Part shown: in pieces, positions 28,115 to 38,650 of the stretch | Numbering within the stretch: the first letter of the stretch is position 1 | Layout: each line of letters starts with the position of its first letter | Virus record (IMG/VR): IMGVR_UViG_3300025626_000018 | Coordinates: 1-64,000 of that record | Strand: one strand, 5' to 3' | DNA: 64,000 bases | Origin: an uncultured virus (IMG/VR IMGVR_UViG_3300025626_000018) | Lineage: Duplodnaviria > Heunggongvirae > Uroviricota > Caudoviricetes | Made by a program: the position numbers and the translations under genes | The notes under the pieces: generated by a model | What the model was told of the DNA's origin: nothing | Databases searched by the model: none | The model's input: the letters and a program-made list of their open reading frames with translations, nothing else

Positions 28115-30640
28115 TTGAAACCATTTTATACATCAGTTTTTAAACACGGTAATCAAATTCTATATAGAGGAGTTAATCAAAGCGGTGCTCGGATTGAGAC
28201 TAAGCATAAATTTAAACCTACTCTTTATATAAGAAGCACTAAACCAGAGGATGAACTTCGTTCTTTGGACGGCGTGCGTGTTGCGCCTATTACATTTGAT
28301 AATATGAATGACGCATATCAATTTGTTGCTCAATATAAAGATGTAGATAACTTTAGTGTATATGGAAATACTAATTACGCTCAACAATTTATTACCGAAA
28401 AATTTCCGGATGATATTACATTTGATAGAAACCTCGTTAACATTTCCAATTTTGATATTGAAGTTGCTTCGGACGATGGCTTTCCAGAACCGGATGTTGC
28501 AGAACATCCAATTATTTCTATTGCATTAAAATCTAATCAAAGTAATGTTTATCATGCTTGGGGTCTTGGTGATTGGAATGTAGAAAATAGTGAACATAAA
28601 GATAAAATTATCCAGTATCGCAAGTGTAATTCTGAAATTGAATTGCTTGCTCAGTTTATGGAATACTGGAGAAATAACACGCCAGATATTATTACTGGCT
28701 GGTATATCCGTATGTTTGATATTCCATATATTTACAACCGCATTACACGCATTGCCGGCGAGGCTGTTGCTAAAAAACTTTCTCCGTGGGGAGTGGTTGG
28801 TAAGCGGCAAATTAATATCCGCGGTAAATTAACAACTTCATTTGATATTGCGGGTGTACAACAACTCGACTACATTGAACTATTTCAAAAATTTGGTTAT
28901 TCATATGGTCCGCAAGAATCTTATAAACTAGACCATATTGCTCATGTTGTATTGGGTGAACATAAAATTTCATATGAAGAATATGGAAATCTTCATGGCT
29001 TATACAAAGCAAATCATCAAAAATTTATTGATTATAATATTAAAGATGTTGAACTTGTTGACCGTATCGATGAAAAAATGGATCTTATTACTCTTGCTAT
29101 GACTATGGCATATAAGGGTGGTGTTAACTATTCTGATACATTTGGTACTACTGCTATATGGGATTCTATTATCTATCGCAAATTAGCAAAAGATAATATT
29201 ATTGTTCCTCCTAATAGAAATAGCCATAAGCTTCCATATCCAGGTGGATACGTAAAAGAGCCTATTCCGGGCATGTACGATTGGGTTGTTTCCTTTGATT
29301 TGAATTCGCTTTATCCAAATCTTATTGTGCAATATAATATGTCACCCGAAACTTTGATTAAAGATCCAATGCTACGAGGTCAAAGCGGGGTAGACTATTA
29401 TCTTCAAAGCGGTGAAATTCGAGATACCCAGCGTGAAGCCGATTTATCTGTTGCAGCAAATGGCAGTTGCTATAGTAAAAAATCACAGGGTGTTATTCCT
29501 AAAATTATTGTTGATTATTATAATGAGCGTTCTCAAGTTAAAAAAGAAATGCTTGCTACCCAATCTGAATATGAAAAGAATAAATCTGCTGATTTAGAAA
29601 AGAAAATCAACCAACTTGAAAATCGCCAAATGGCTATTAAAATTCTTTTAAACTCTCTTTATGGTGCACTAGGCAATCAATACTTTAGATATTTTGATAT
29701 GGATATTGCAGAAGGTATTACTTTATCTGGCCAACTTGCAATTCGTTCAGCTGAAAGAGCTGTTAATGATGCAATGAATAAAATTATGAAAACTGAAGAT
29801 GTTGATTATGTTATTGCTATTGATACAGACTCAGTATATATTCACTTTGGACCATTAGTTAATCGCTTTAAGCAAAAACTTAGCACTGAAGACACAGTAA
29901 AAGTTATTGATCAGATTTGTCGAGATCAATTTGAAAAATTCCTTGCAAAGTCGTATAATACTTTATTTGAAAAAATGAATGCTTATGATAATAGAATGCA
30001 AATGGGACGGGAAGCAATTGCTGATCGCGGCATTTGGACTGCGAAAAAACGGTATATTTTAAATGTTCACAATAATGAGGGTGTGCAATACTCTGTTCCT
30101 AAGCTTAAGATTATGGGCATTGAAGCTATTAAATCTTCAACACCCGAAGTTGTCCGCGATAAATTTAGAGAAATTTTCTATGTGCTTATTAATGGTTCTG
30201 AAGAAGAAACTCGTAAATATATTAGCGATTTTAAGAAAGTATTTAAATCCCTTCCACCCGAAAAAGTATCGTTTCCCAGATCTGTTTCTGACATTAAAAA
30301 ATGGCAAGATAAAACTACTTTATATAATAAAGGTACCCCTATTCATGTAAGAGGTAGCATTTTATATAATAACTGTATAAAAACTAATGATTTAAGTAAA
30401 AAGTTTGAATTGATTAAAAATGGAGAAAAGATTAAATTCACTTATCTTACTTTACCTAATCCTATTAAAGAAAACGTTATTGCATTTCCGGAATATTTGC
30501 CGGAAGAGCTTCATCTTCACAAATATGTGGATTATGATAAACAATTTGAAAAAACTTTTATTGAACCACTCACCCCAATTTTAGATGCAATTGGATGGAG
30601 TGTAGAAGAAAAAGCAACACTAGAGGATTTCTTTGGCTAA
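28115..30640 (+). CDS. gp43: Family B DNA polymerase gp43 (TTG start)
   Basis: Exo DIE, YNIKDV; DLNSLYP, K..LNSLYG, IDTDS, KKRY. Confidence 0.97.
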   Translation: MKPFYTSVFKHGNQILYRGVNQSGARIETKHKFKPTLYIRSTKPEDELRSLDGVRVAPITFDNMNDAYQFVAQYKDVDNFSVYGNTNYAQQFITEKFPDDITFDRNLVNISNFDIEVASDDGFPEPDVAEHPIISIALKSNQSNVYHAWGLGDWNVENSEHKDKIIQYRKCNSEIELLAQFMEYWRNNTPDIITGWYIRMFDIPYIYNRITRIAGEAVAKKLSPWGVVGKRQINIRGKLTTSFDIAGVQQLDYIELFQKFGYSYGPQESYKLDHIAHVVLGEHKISYEEYGNLHGLYKANHQKFIDYNIKDVELVDRIDEKMDLITLAMTMAYKGGVNYSDTFGTTAIWDSIIYRKLAKDNIIVPPNRNSHKLPYPGGYVKEPIPGMYDWVVSFDLNSLYPNLIVQYNMSPETLIKDPMLRGQSGVDYYLQSGEIRDTQREADLSVAANGSCYSKKSQGVIPKIIVDYYNERSQVKKEMLATQSEYEKNKSADLEKKINQLENRQMAIKILLNSLYGALGNQYFRYFDMDIAEGITLSGQLAIRSAERAVNDAMNKIMKTEDVDYVIAIDTDSVYIHFGPLVNRFKQKLSTEDTVKVIDQICRDQFEKFLAKSYNTLFEKMNAYDNRMQMGREAIADRGIWTAKKRYILNVHNNEGVQYSVPKLKIMGIEAIKSSTPEVVRDKFREIFYVLINGSEEETRKYISDFKKVFKSLPPEKVSFPRSVSDIKKWQDKTTLYNKGTPIHVRGSILYNNCIKTNDLSKKFELIKNGEKIKFTYLTLPNPIKENVIAFPEYLPEELHLHKYVDYDKQFEKTFIEPLTPILDAIGWSVEEKATLEDFFG

Positions 30641-31377
30641 TGATTAATTATGTTTTTGATGTGGACGGTACGCTTACGCCAAGCCGTCAAAAAATGGATA
30701 AAGACTTTAAACCATTTTTCTTGAACTTTGTAAAAAATAATACAGTATATCTTATTACTGGATCCGATTATGCTAAAACATATGTGCAGCTCGGAGATAA
30801 AATATGTAATAGCGTAAGGGAAATTCATAATTGTTCTGGTAATTCAATTTGGAAAAAAGGAATAGAAATTGAAAGTTCGGATTGGGTTCTTCCAAAAGCT
30901 ATTCAAAACTGGCTAAATAATCAAGTTGTGGAAAATAAATTTTTTCATAAAACCGGGTTGCACATTGATCACCGGCCGGGCTTGGTTAATTTTAGTATTG
31001 TTGGAAGAAATTGTAATCTTGAACAAAGAGCCGCTTATGTAGAATGGGATTATCATACCGGTGATCGTTTGCAAATTGCTTCTGCCTTTAATGAACGGTT
31101 TGTTGGGGCAGGTGTAGTTGCCCAAATTGCTGGCGAAACCGGTCTGGATATTGCCCCTATTGGTTTTGATAAGCGTCAGTTAGCAGATCGGTTAAGTGGT
31201 CCCATTTATTTCTTCGGAGATAGTATGGATTGGGGTGGTAATGATTTCCCTCTTAAAGCCGCTATTAAGGATCGTCCGGGTTCAGAAGCATTTCATGTAA
31301 AAGACTGGCAAGATACCCAAAGGATTCTTTGGGCAATTGAAAATTCTGATGTACATCGGTTTGCGGGTGTGGTATAA
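30640..31377 (+). CDS. HAD-IIB phosphomannomutase-like protein
   Basis: FDVDGTLT, TGSD, NFS..GR, FFGD....GND. Confidence 0.8.
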   Translation: MINYVFDVDGTLTPSRQKMDKDFKPFFLNFVKNNTVYLITGSDYAKTYVQLGDKICNSVREIHNCSGNSIWKKGIEIESSDWVLPKAIQNWLNNQVVENKFFHKTGLHIDHRPGLVNFSIVGRNCNLEQRAAYVEWDYHTGDRLQIASAFNERFVGAGVVAQIAGETGLDIAPIGFDKRQLADRLSGPIYFFGDSMDWGGNDFPLKAAIKDRPGSEAFHVKDWQDTQRILWAIENSDVHRFAGVV

Positions 31378-31409
31378 TAGTATTATAAATTATAATGAGA
31401 GGATATATT

Positions 31410-31829
31410 ATGAGTGACTGGGTAAATGACATCTATATGATGCATAATAAATTTGGTGTTAGGGATTGGTTCCTTGCTAATTGTAATAATAAAGAATTGA
31501 TGGATAAATATTTAAAATTCCGCTTGGCGATGTGCAAAGAAGAACTGGACGAAACACTTGACGCGCTGGATGCAAAAGATCCAGAAGAAATTGTTGATGG
31601 CCTTATTGACTTGTGTGTATTTGCTATTGGTACTCTTGATGTATTTGGTGTTGATGCTAATGACGCGTGGGATCGAGTGTATGAAGCAAATATGGCTAAA
31701 TCACCAGGTGTAAAAGAAGGTCGTCCGAACAAATTCGGACTTCCGGACCTTATTAAGCCGGATGGGTGGGTAGCTCCAAGTCATATAGGTAATCACGGCA
31801 ATTTAAACAAAGCACTTCTTAACGACTAA
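31410..31829 (+). CDS. MazG/PRA-PH-like nucleotide pyrophosphohydrolase
   Basis: EE..E, EIVD..ID, ANMAK, KPDGW..P. Confidence 0.75.
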   Translation: MSDWVNDIYMMHNKFGVRDWFLANCNNKELMDKYLKFRLAMCKEELDETLDALDAKDPEEIVDGLIDLCVFAIGTLDVFGVDANDAWDRVYEANMAKSPGVKEGRPNKFGLPDLIKPDGWVAPSHIGNHGNLNKALLND

Positions 31830-31857
31830 ACTTATAATTGGTAAATTAGATAATATC

Positions 31858-32799
31858 ATGAATATTTCTTCTACGATTTTTAAATCTATATTTGATAACG
31901 CAACGCATCGAAAAATGGATTTCGAAGATTTTGATGCGTTTGAATCCTTTTTATATAAATTGTCTGATATTAAACGAAATGGAAAAAAAGATGCAGAACT
32001 TATTTCTCCAGCTACTTACCAGGCTGGCACAACTAGAGCCAATGCTAATGTATTGGCTTGGGCAGGTTGGGCTGCTGCTGATGTTGACGATCATGAGTTT
32101 AAGGGTAACTTAAAAGATGAGTTATATACTAATTTCGGCCATTATCGGTACGTGTGTTATAGCACTGCTAGCAGTACTAATTCTTTACCGAAGTTTCGCC
32201 TCGTCTTCCCTCTTGAAACGCATGTTGAAAGCTCACGAATCAAACATTTTTGGCACAGCCTTAATACAGAGATCGGCAGACTCGGAGATACGCAGACTAA
32301 AGACCTTTCTCGTATGTATTACGTGCCTGCAACTTATGCTAATAGTAACAATTTTATTTTTTCTAACCTTGACGGTGCATCTATTAATCCCTATCGGTTA
32401 ATGGACAAGCATCCGTATGAAGAAAAAAAACATAGTGCAAATTTTATTGATAGGCTTCCGGCTGAAATACAAAAACAAATAGTTAGTTTTAGAGCTAACC
32501 AATTAGAAAAAAGTAATATTCATTGGGATGGTTATCGTGATTGTCCGTTTGTTTCAAAGAAATTAATTGATGAATACCGTACAATGGCTTTTACTGATGG
32601 CAGCGGCCGATACAGAATGATATATAAGATTATGAGCTCAATAGCAATTAGCGCTATTAGACGACAATACCCAATAACATCATATGAAATTGCAGATATT
32701 ATAAGAGAATTAGATAACGATACTGCCCGAATATATGAATCAAGAAACTTGCAAGTAGAAGCAGACAGGGCTATAGAATATGCGTATAAAACCGTTTAG
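31858..32799 (+). CDS. Primase-polymerase (AEP-like) protein
   Basis: ADVDD, YSTAS, KFRLVFPL, D..TKD.SRMYY. Confidence 0.7.
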   Translation: MNISSTIFKSIFDNATHRKMDFEDFDAFESFLYKLSDIKRNGKKDAELISPATYQAGTTRANANVLAWAGWAAADVDDHEFKGNLKDELYTNFGHYRYVCYSTASSTNSLPKFRLVFPLETHVESSRIKHFWHSLNTEIGRLGDTQTKDLSRMYYVPATYANSNNFIFSNLDGASINPYRLMDKHPYEEKKHSANFIDRLPAEIQKQIVSFRANQLEKSNIHWDGYRDCPFVSKKLIDEYRTMAFTDGSGRYRMIYKIMSSIAISAIRRQYPITSYEIADIIRELDNDTARIYESRNLQVEADRAIEYAYKTV

Positions 32800-33595
32800 A
32801 AAAAAGAAAATTGTTCTTGCAACAGGTGGGTTTGACCCATTACATAAAGGACATATTAAATACTTAAAAGAAGCAGCTCTCCTTGGCGATATGCTTATTG
32901 TTGGAATTCATTCTAATGAGCGGTTGACCCGACGTCGGGGTCGGCCGTTTCTTGATATAGAAGATAGACATGCTATTATTGCGGAACTTGGTTTTGTAAA
33001 TAAAGCAGTTTGTTTTACCTCTGATATGGATGCTGATGATACTGCTCTTAAATTTATTCAACAAATAATGCTAGAATATCCTAAAGCTGATATTATATGT
33101 GCTAATGGTTATAGCAAACCACCCGAAGATAATAAACCACTTATTGATAACCCCCAAGTAACCTTTGTTTTTGATGTGGGCAGAGAAGTAGTTAATTCAT
33201 CTTTTGAAATTCTTGATGAATGGAGAAGCGCAAAAACTTTACAGGAATGGGGCTGGTATAGAATATTAGCTGAAGGTGTGGATCCAAAAACAGGATTACA
33301 TTATAAATTAAGAGAATTAATGATTTTGCCTAAAAAGTCATTAATGAATCAACGCCATAAAGATAGAAGTGAACTTTGGACACAAATACAGGGGCAAACT
33401 CAGCTAAACCTACATAGGGGTTTAGATAAAAAAATATTAACTCCACAAGATCCACCACAAGTTATTCCAGCTAAATCTTGGTATGAAGCAAGTAATCCAT
33501 TTAAAATTGCTTCGCATATAGTAGAATTACAATATGGTAAACAATGTATTGATGATGATGTGGATATTGCCCTACCACTTAGAAAAAAGAAATAA
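32780..33595 (+). CDS. Cytidylyltransferase-like (HxGH) domain fused to cupin domain
   Basis: GGFDPLHKGH; C-terminal WGWY, QRH..RSE.W, ELQYG..C..DD (PMI type II-like cupin). Confidence 0.75.
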   Translation: MRIKPFRKKKIVLATGGFDPLHKGHIKYLKEAALLGDMLIVGIHSNERLTRRRGRPFLDIEDRHAIIAELGFVNKAVCFTSDMDADDTALKFIQQIMLEYPKADIICANGYSKPPEDNKPLIDNPQVTFVFDVGREVVNSSFEILDEWRSAKTLQEWGWYRILAEGVDPKTGLHYKLRELMILPKKSLMNQRHKDRSELWTQIQGQTQLNLHRGLDKKILTPQDPPQVIPAKSWYEASNPFKIASHIVELQYGKQCIDDDVDIALPLRKKK

Positions 33596-33597
33596 TT

Positions 33598-34692
33598 ATG
33601 AATCAAAATTATATTTTTACTAGTGAAAGTGTTAGTGACGGCCACCCCGATAAAGTAGCAGACCAAATCAGTGACGCCCTTGTTGATGCGGGATTGCGCG
33701 CCGGCGATGAGACAACTCGTGTTGCTGTTGAAACTCTTACAACTACTAATATGGTAACGTTGGCCGGTGAAGTAAAAAACTTTAATGTGAGCAACGAAGA
33801 AGTTAAAGAAATTGTTCGTAATACAGTAAAAAAAATTGGATATGAACAAGAGGGATTTCATTGGGATAATCTAAAAATTTACAATGAAATCCATGCACAA
33901 AGCGCTGATATTGCATTAGGCACCGATGATTTTGGGGCTGGGGATCAGGGTATTATGTTTGGCTATGCTTGTAATGATAATGATGCCTATTTACCGGCTC
34001 CTATTTATTATGCGCATGAAATTCTTAAAGAATTGAAAGAAATTCGATTATTAGATAATATATTAGGCCCCGATGCAAAATCACAAATTAGTATACAATA
34101 CGAAGGTGGTATAGCTAAACGGGTAGACCAAATTGTTATTAGTACTCAACATGCCGCTAATGAAATTCAAACTGCAAGGACCCTTGCAAGGGGTGCCGTA
34201 TTGCATTGTGGTTTAGGAGATATGATTGATGAAAATACTGTATGGCATATTAATCCTACTGGTAATTTTGTTATTGGCGGCCCTGATGGGGATGCTGGTG
34301 TTACTGGACGTAAGATTATTGTTGATACTTATGGGGGCTTTGCTCCCCACGGCGGCGGTGCTTTTAGTGGTAAAGACCCCACGAAAGTAGATCGTAGCGC
34401 GGCTTATATGGCACGTTGGCTCGCTAAAAATGTTGTAGCAGATGAAATGGCTGACTGGTGTAATATTCAATTAAGCTATGCAATCGGAGTTAAACAACCT
34501 ATCAGCATTTATGTAGAATCCAATGGTTATAGTAAAAGTATTGAAAAGTTTATTCGTAAAGAAATTGATCTGAGCCCTAAAGGAATTATTGACCGATTTG
34601 ATATGTTTAATTTTTATGAATATAGTAAAAACTGTACGTACGGTCATTTTGGCAATAAAGATGTTCCGTGGGAAAAGATTGGGTGGAATTAA
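33598..34692 (+). CDS. metK: S-adenosylmethionine synthetase
   Basis: FTSESV..GHPDK, GAGDQG, GGGAFSGKD, YGHFG. Confidence 0.97.
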   Translation: MNQNYIFTSESVSDGHPDKVADQISDALVDAGLRAGDETTRVAVETLTTTNMVTLAGEVKNFNVSNEEVKEIVRNTVKKIGYEQEGFHWDNLKIYNEIHAQSADIALGTDDFGAGDQGIMFGYACNDNDAYLPAPIYYAHEILKELKEIRLLDNILGPDAKSQISIQYEGGIAKRVDQIVISTQHAANEIQTARTLARGAVLHCGLGDMIDENTVWHINPTGNFVIGGPDGDAGVTGRKIIVDTYGGFAPHGGGAFSGKDPTKVDRSAAYMARWLAKNVVADEMADWCNIQLSYAIGVKQPISIYVESNGYSKSIEKFIRKEIDLSPKGIIDRFDMFNFYEYSKNCTYGHFGNKDVPWEKIGWN

Positions 34693-34758
34693 TTAAATAG
34701 CTGTTTACTTTTTTTGATAATTATAGTAAAATATAATATATAATATGGAGAGATTGAT

Positions 34759-34896
34759 ATGAGTAATAAAGATATTGAAAAAGCATTTGCTGAAATGAAT
34801 ATAAAAATTCAAATTCTAGAAAAAAATGTATATGATTTACAAGCTCAATTGCAAAATTCTTATATTCGAATTGCAGAATTACAGGATAAATTATAA
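34759..34896 (+). CDS. Small coiled-coil hypothetical protein (45 aa)
   Basis: GGAGA RBS; early promoter at about 34703. Confidence 0.5.
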   Translation: MSNKDIEKAFAEMNIKIQILEKNVYDLQAQLQNSYIRIAELQDKL

Positions 34897-34898
34897 TT

Positions 34899-35690
34899 AT
34901 GGAATCTTTACGAATTATTGCCGGTCCATGCCAACATGAAAATCTTTCAATGTCATTAGATATTGCTGAGCATTGTGCTGATATTTGTGCAAAATATGAT
35001 GTTGAATATATTTTTAAAGCTAGCTATGATAAAGCTAATCGTACAAGTATTGATGGTATACGTGGTGTGGGATTTGAACCCACAATGCTTGACTTTTTGT
35101 CATTAAAAGAAACGGTTAATGTTAAAATTTTAACAGATGTGCATTCTACAACTGATATTGCTGCAATAGCTTACAAATACAATGAAGCAGTTGATGTAAT
35201 TCAAATTCCGGCATTTCTTTGTCGTCAGACAGATTTAATTAGTGCAGCTTGTATGACTGATAAAATTATTAATATTAAAAAGGGTCAGTTTTTAGCGCCA
35301 TGGGATATAACAGGCATCCTTAGCAAAACAGAAGACGCTAAAGAAGTATGGATTACAGAAAGGGGAACTAGTTTTGGGTATAATAATCTTGTGGTCGATT
35401 TTAATGGCCTTCAGTACATGCTTGATAACTTGGGGGTACCGATCGTATTTGATGCTACCCACTCGTGCCAGAAGCCTGGGGGACACGGCAGCTCGTCTGG
35501 TGGTAATCGTGACTACGTTCCAGGTCTTACTCGTGCTGCCGCTGCTTTGGGTGTTACTAACTTCTTCTTAGAGGTGCACCCTAATCCGGATAATGCTCCA
35601 TCTGATGGGCCTAATATGGTAAACCTCCAAGATTTTGAAGACATTTTACACGATATTGTGGAGTATTCTTATGTCCCCTACTTTGATTGA
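34899..35690 (+). CDS. kdsA: KDO-8-phosphate synthase
   Basis: IAGPC, KASYDKANRTS, QIPAFLCRQTD, KKGQF, ERG..FGY, DATH, SDG. Confidence 0.95.
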   Translation: MESLRIIAGPCQHENLSMSLDIAEHCADICAKYDVEYIFKASYDKANRTSIDGIRGVGFEPTMLDFLSLKETVNVKILTDVHSTTDIAAIAYKYNEAVDVIQIPAFLCRQTDLISAACMTDKIINIKKGQFLAPWDITGILSKTEDAKEVWITERGTSFGYNNLVVDFNGLQYMLDNLGVPIVFDATHSCQKPGGHGSSSGGNRDYVPGLTRAAAALGVTNFFLEVHPNPDNAPSDGPNMVNLQDFEDILHDIVEYSYVPYFD

Positions 35691-36207
35691 TTATAATGAA
35701 ATTGCTTGTAAATTAAATCTTCTTATTAATAATGCTAAAATTGTTGTAGATAAAGATTTTATTGAGTACCGCAATAAAAAAGCAAGTGAATCTAACTATG
35801 AATTGGGGGAACTTGGAATTGATTATGAACTATTGGAATGGTGGCTACTCCACAATAAACTTGTAAAACCGAAAGATACTACTGTCGAAGAATACGGGAC
35901 TGCAGCTAATTTTTGGCCAGATTATAATATTGCTGATATGCGCATCGATAATAAATGTATTTCTTCAATTTGGTTTCCAATTAAAGACAACTTCAGAGCT
36001 GCAGTAAAGGCTGGCCTTGTGTCGCATATTCTTTTCTATAAAGATAACCGTAATACAGCTATTCTATTGCAAGAAGGGGATATTGTTACCCACACTTTTG
36101 TTGGTATTGCAAAAGCCTCTGATATAATTAAAAGAAAGATTCCTGGTAAATTTGCAAAATATGTTGTAAATATAGAAAACTTTTTTAAAAACCCAACACC
36201 ACTTTAA
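35671..36207 (+). CDS. Hypothetical protein (possible degenerate PD-(D/E)xK fold)
   Basis: ORF with E...PD...IDNK pattern; weak. Confidence 0.5.
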   Translation: MSPTLIDYNEIACKLNLLINNAKIVVDKDFIEYRNKKASESNYELGELGIDYELLEWWLLHNKLVKPKDTTVEEYGTAANFWPDYNIADMRIDNKCISSIWFPIKDNFRAAVKAGLVSHILFYKDNRNTAILLQEGDIVTHTFVGIAKASDIIKRKIPGKFAKYVVNIENFFKNPTPL

Positions 36208-36208
36208 T

Positions 36209-36238
36209 GTTTACTATTGTAAAAATATATGCTATAAT
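36209..36238 (+). promoter_or_regulatory. Early-type promoter
   Basis: GTTTACT-17-TATAAT. Confidence 0.7.
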
Positions 36239-36267
36239 AGTATCAAATATTAACGGAGAACTTTATA

Positions 36268-36609
36268 ATGACAGTTAGCGCCAGTGTAGCAGTTTTGCAT
36301 GAATGTATCGAACTACAAGAACGCAAAGGTAATGATTATCAAAACCCTAATAGCAGAATCCGTCAAGCGGATTATTTCCCTAATGGTGTAGCTACCCTAC
36401 TTGATATGTGTCACATGAAAATGTTACGCATTCAATCTGTGATGGAAGCAATGCAATCAAAAGACTATGAGCCTAACTTTGAAAGCCTTGAAGATAGCGC
36501 TAAAGATATGATTAATTATTCGTCATTTATTGTTGCATATCTTCGTGGTGAAATGGATGGTCAAATTCCGGGTCGTAATTTTCTAAATCAACCGGAGCAT
36601 ATCGATTAA
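36268..36609 (+). CDS. Nmad1/DUF1599-like alpha-helical protein (nucleotide-modification associated)
   Basis: K..DY, K..R, ES.EDS..D..NY pattern. Confidence 0.65.
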   Translation: MTVSASVAVLHECIELQERKGNDYQNPNSRIRQADYFPNGVATLLDMCHMKMLRIQSVMEAMQSKDYEPNFESLEDSAKDMINYSSFIVAYLRGEMDGQIPGRNFLNQPEHID

Positions 36610-37391
36610 TGTTTGAAGCGCAGTTTTTAAAAGTTACTGAAGAAATTCTAAATAATGGTTATGAGCGGAAAGGGCGTAATGGCACTACGCTCAGCCTTCC
36701 ATTTAAAACACTTGAGTTTGATTTAGAAACAGAATTTCCTTTACTAACTACCCGTAAAATGTTTTATGCTGGTGTTATTGGTGAATATGCCGCAATGATC
36801 CGCGGACCAAAACACATTGATGATTTCCGTAAATGGGGTTGTAATTACTGGGATCTGTGGGCAAATGCCGATGGATCTATTAATGTTGATTACGGCAATG
36901 CCTGGCGCGATTTTAATGGTGTTGATCAAATGGCGGCTGTGGTTGATAGCCTTATTAATAATCCACATGACCGCCGCATGGTTATTAGTGGCTGGCGCCC
37001 AGATAATCTTAATGATTTGAATTTGCCATGTTGTCATCATAATTATCAATTTTATGAGCACGATGGTATTGTAGATATGCTATGGGTCCAAAGAAGTGGT
37101 GATTGGATGATTGGTGTGCCAAGTGATGCAGTTTTTGCGGCTGTAATGCTTATGTGTTTTGCATCAGTATCTAATAAAAAAGCTGGTAAAATTACTATGA
37201 TTGTTGGCGACGCCCATATCTATGAAGAGCATATTGATAATGCAAAAGAACAAATTGCTCGCCCTATATTAGATGCTAAACCAATAATTAAATTTACTGA
37301 TCAAACAGACATTTATAGTTTTGTTCCGGATGATATTAGTATTATTGGATATGAATCCGGTCCGGCCCTTAAGTACGAATTAAAAGATTAA
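36609..37391 (+). CDS. Thymidylate synthase-family enzyme with Asp at the Asn177-equivalent position
   Basis: FPLLTTRK, DRR, LPCCH, QRSGDWMIGVPSD, GDAHIY. Confidence 0.9.
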   Translation: MFEAQFLKVTEEILNNGYERKGRNGTTLSLPFKTLEFDLETEFPLLTTRKMFYAGVIGEYAAMIRGPKHIDDFRKWGCNYWDLWANADGSINVDYGNAWRDFNGVDQMAAVVDSLINNPHDRRMVISGWRPDNLNDLNLPCCHHNYQFYEHDGIVDMLWVQRSGDWMIGVPSDAVFAAVMLMCFASVSNKKAGKITMIVGDAHIYEEHIDNAKEQIARPILDAKPIIKFTDQTDIYSFVPDDISIIGYESGPALKYELKD

Positions 37392-37439
37392 AAGCGATGA
37401 ACCGAAATTCACCGCTTTTTAAAAAATATTAAATTCTTA

Positions 37440-37796
37440 TTATTCTACTGTAAGAATTTGTTCCAAAACATATTTGCGCATTTTTTCAACTAGCGTAAGA
37501 GTGTCTTCAATATTAAAATGGGTTAAAGCCATACTATGAATAAAATCACCATCAATGCTGAAATTAATAATAACACAATCTTCGCTATCTTCGAGTGGAT
37601 ATTCACGAAGATCTGGATTTACATATTCAATAAAAATCTGGATAAAACCTTCTTGGCCAGCATGATCAAATTCTAAACCAAGTGATGGACACGTATCATT
37701 GCCGTATGAAGTATCTTCAAACCCCTCATCAGCCAGCTTAACAGCAAGCGCATTGAAGAATTCGTTATTGTCATAATCGGTATGTGTATTTGTCAT
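37440..37796 (-). CDS. Acidic hypothetical protein
   Basis: 118-aa minus-strand ORF with AAAGGA RBS and its own promoter. Confidence 0.75.
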   Translation of the reverse strand: MTNTHTDYDNNEFFNALAVKLADEGFEDTSYGNDTCPSLGLEFDHAGQEGFIQIFIEYVNPDLREYPLEDSEDCVIINFSIDGDFIHSMALTHFNIEDTLTLVEKMRKYVLEQILTVE

Positions 37797-37825
37797 GTTG
37801 TTTCCTTTGTTTCATCTTATACATT

Positions 37826-37855
37826 TTTATACCGTATATGAAAAGGAATGTAAAC
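37826..37855 (-). promoter_or_regulatory. Early-type promoter for the 37440-37796 gene
   Basis: Minus strand taggGGTTTACA-17-TATAAA. Confidence 0.7.
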
Positions 37856-37999
37856 CCCTAAAACGCAATTAATTAATTTTTTTTTTTAAACTTATAAAGT
37901 GTGTTATTTTAGTATCATTTATTTTTAAAATAAGTGTTTACTTTTGGGTTATAATATGTTAATATAAATGTATTAATAAACTTATAGAGGTAAATTAGA

Positions 38000-38650
38000 A
38001 TGAATCCTATTATATTATTTTCAAATCAGCGTACTGGATCTAGTAGTTTTATTTCTTGGCTAGATTTTAATTATAGAAAAGAAATTGATTTAGATTCTAT
38101 TAATCAGTCAGTATTGAAAAGTGTATCAGAATTAGGCTATACATTACCGCACTTACCCTATTCGCATGAACGATTTGATCATCAAGTTGGAGAGTTTTAT
38201 TGTATTATTAAACAATATGAAAAAGATAAAAATATGGAATCTCTAGTTTTAGCAGTTAAAACCATATTATCTCATAAAATTCATATAAAAGTAATGGTTG
38301 AATTTACTCCACTTTGGTTTATAAAAATTCTTTTAGCCCATATGGAAGACTACAATTATAACGCTTTTTTCTTATATCGAGAAGATGGTAGGGCTCGTAT
38401 TGCTTCACAAATAATTATGGACCTGGATTTAATTATAACTAGAGGTAGCTATCCTACTATTAATACAATATTAAATGATCTAAACAAGAAAAATTCCGAA
38501 TTTATAGATGCAGTTAATATGCATTGTATATCGTATGAAAATTTGTATTTAAGAAACGATGCTATTACCAAAAATTTAATATCTAAAATTACGGGATTAA
38601 CTGATATTGAAACACTTAGAAGTATAAAAATGCTAACCCCAAATGACTAA
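38000..38650 (+). CDS. Sulfotransferase-like (Stf0-type) protein
   Basis: ILFSNQRTGSS PAPS loop, LYRE...IAS, ISYENL. Confidence 0.55.
   Translation: MNPIILFSNQRTGSSSFISWLDFNYRKEIDLDSINQSVLKSVSELGYTLPHLPYSHERFDHQVGEFYCIIKQYEKDKNMESLVLAVKTILSHKIHIKVMVEFTPLWFIKILLAHMEDYNYNAFFLYREDGRARIASQIIMDLDLIITRGSYPTINTILNDLNKKNSEFIDAVNMHCISYENLYLRNDAITKNLISKITGLTDIETLRSIKMLTPND

Noticed and set aside
28115..30640. Intein or intron in gp43 (also checked gp41, uvsX, uvsW, gp46)
   Set aside because: Lengths and motif spacing are normal; no intein blocks seen
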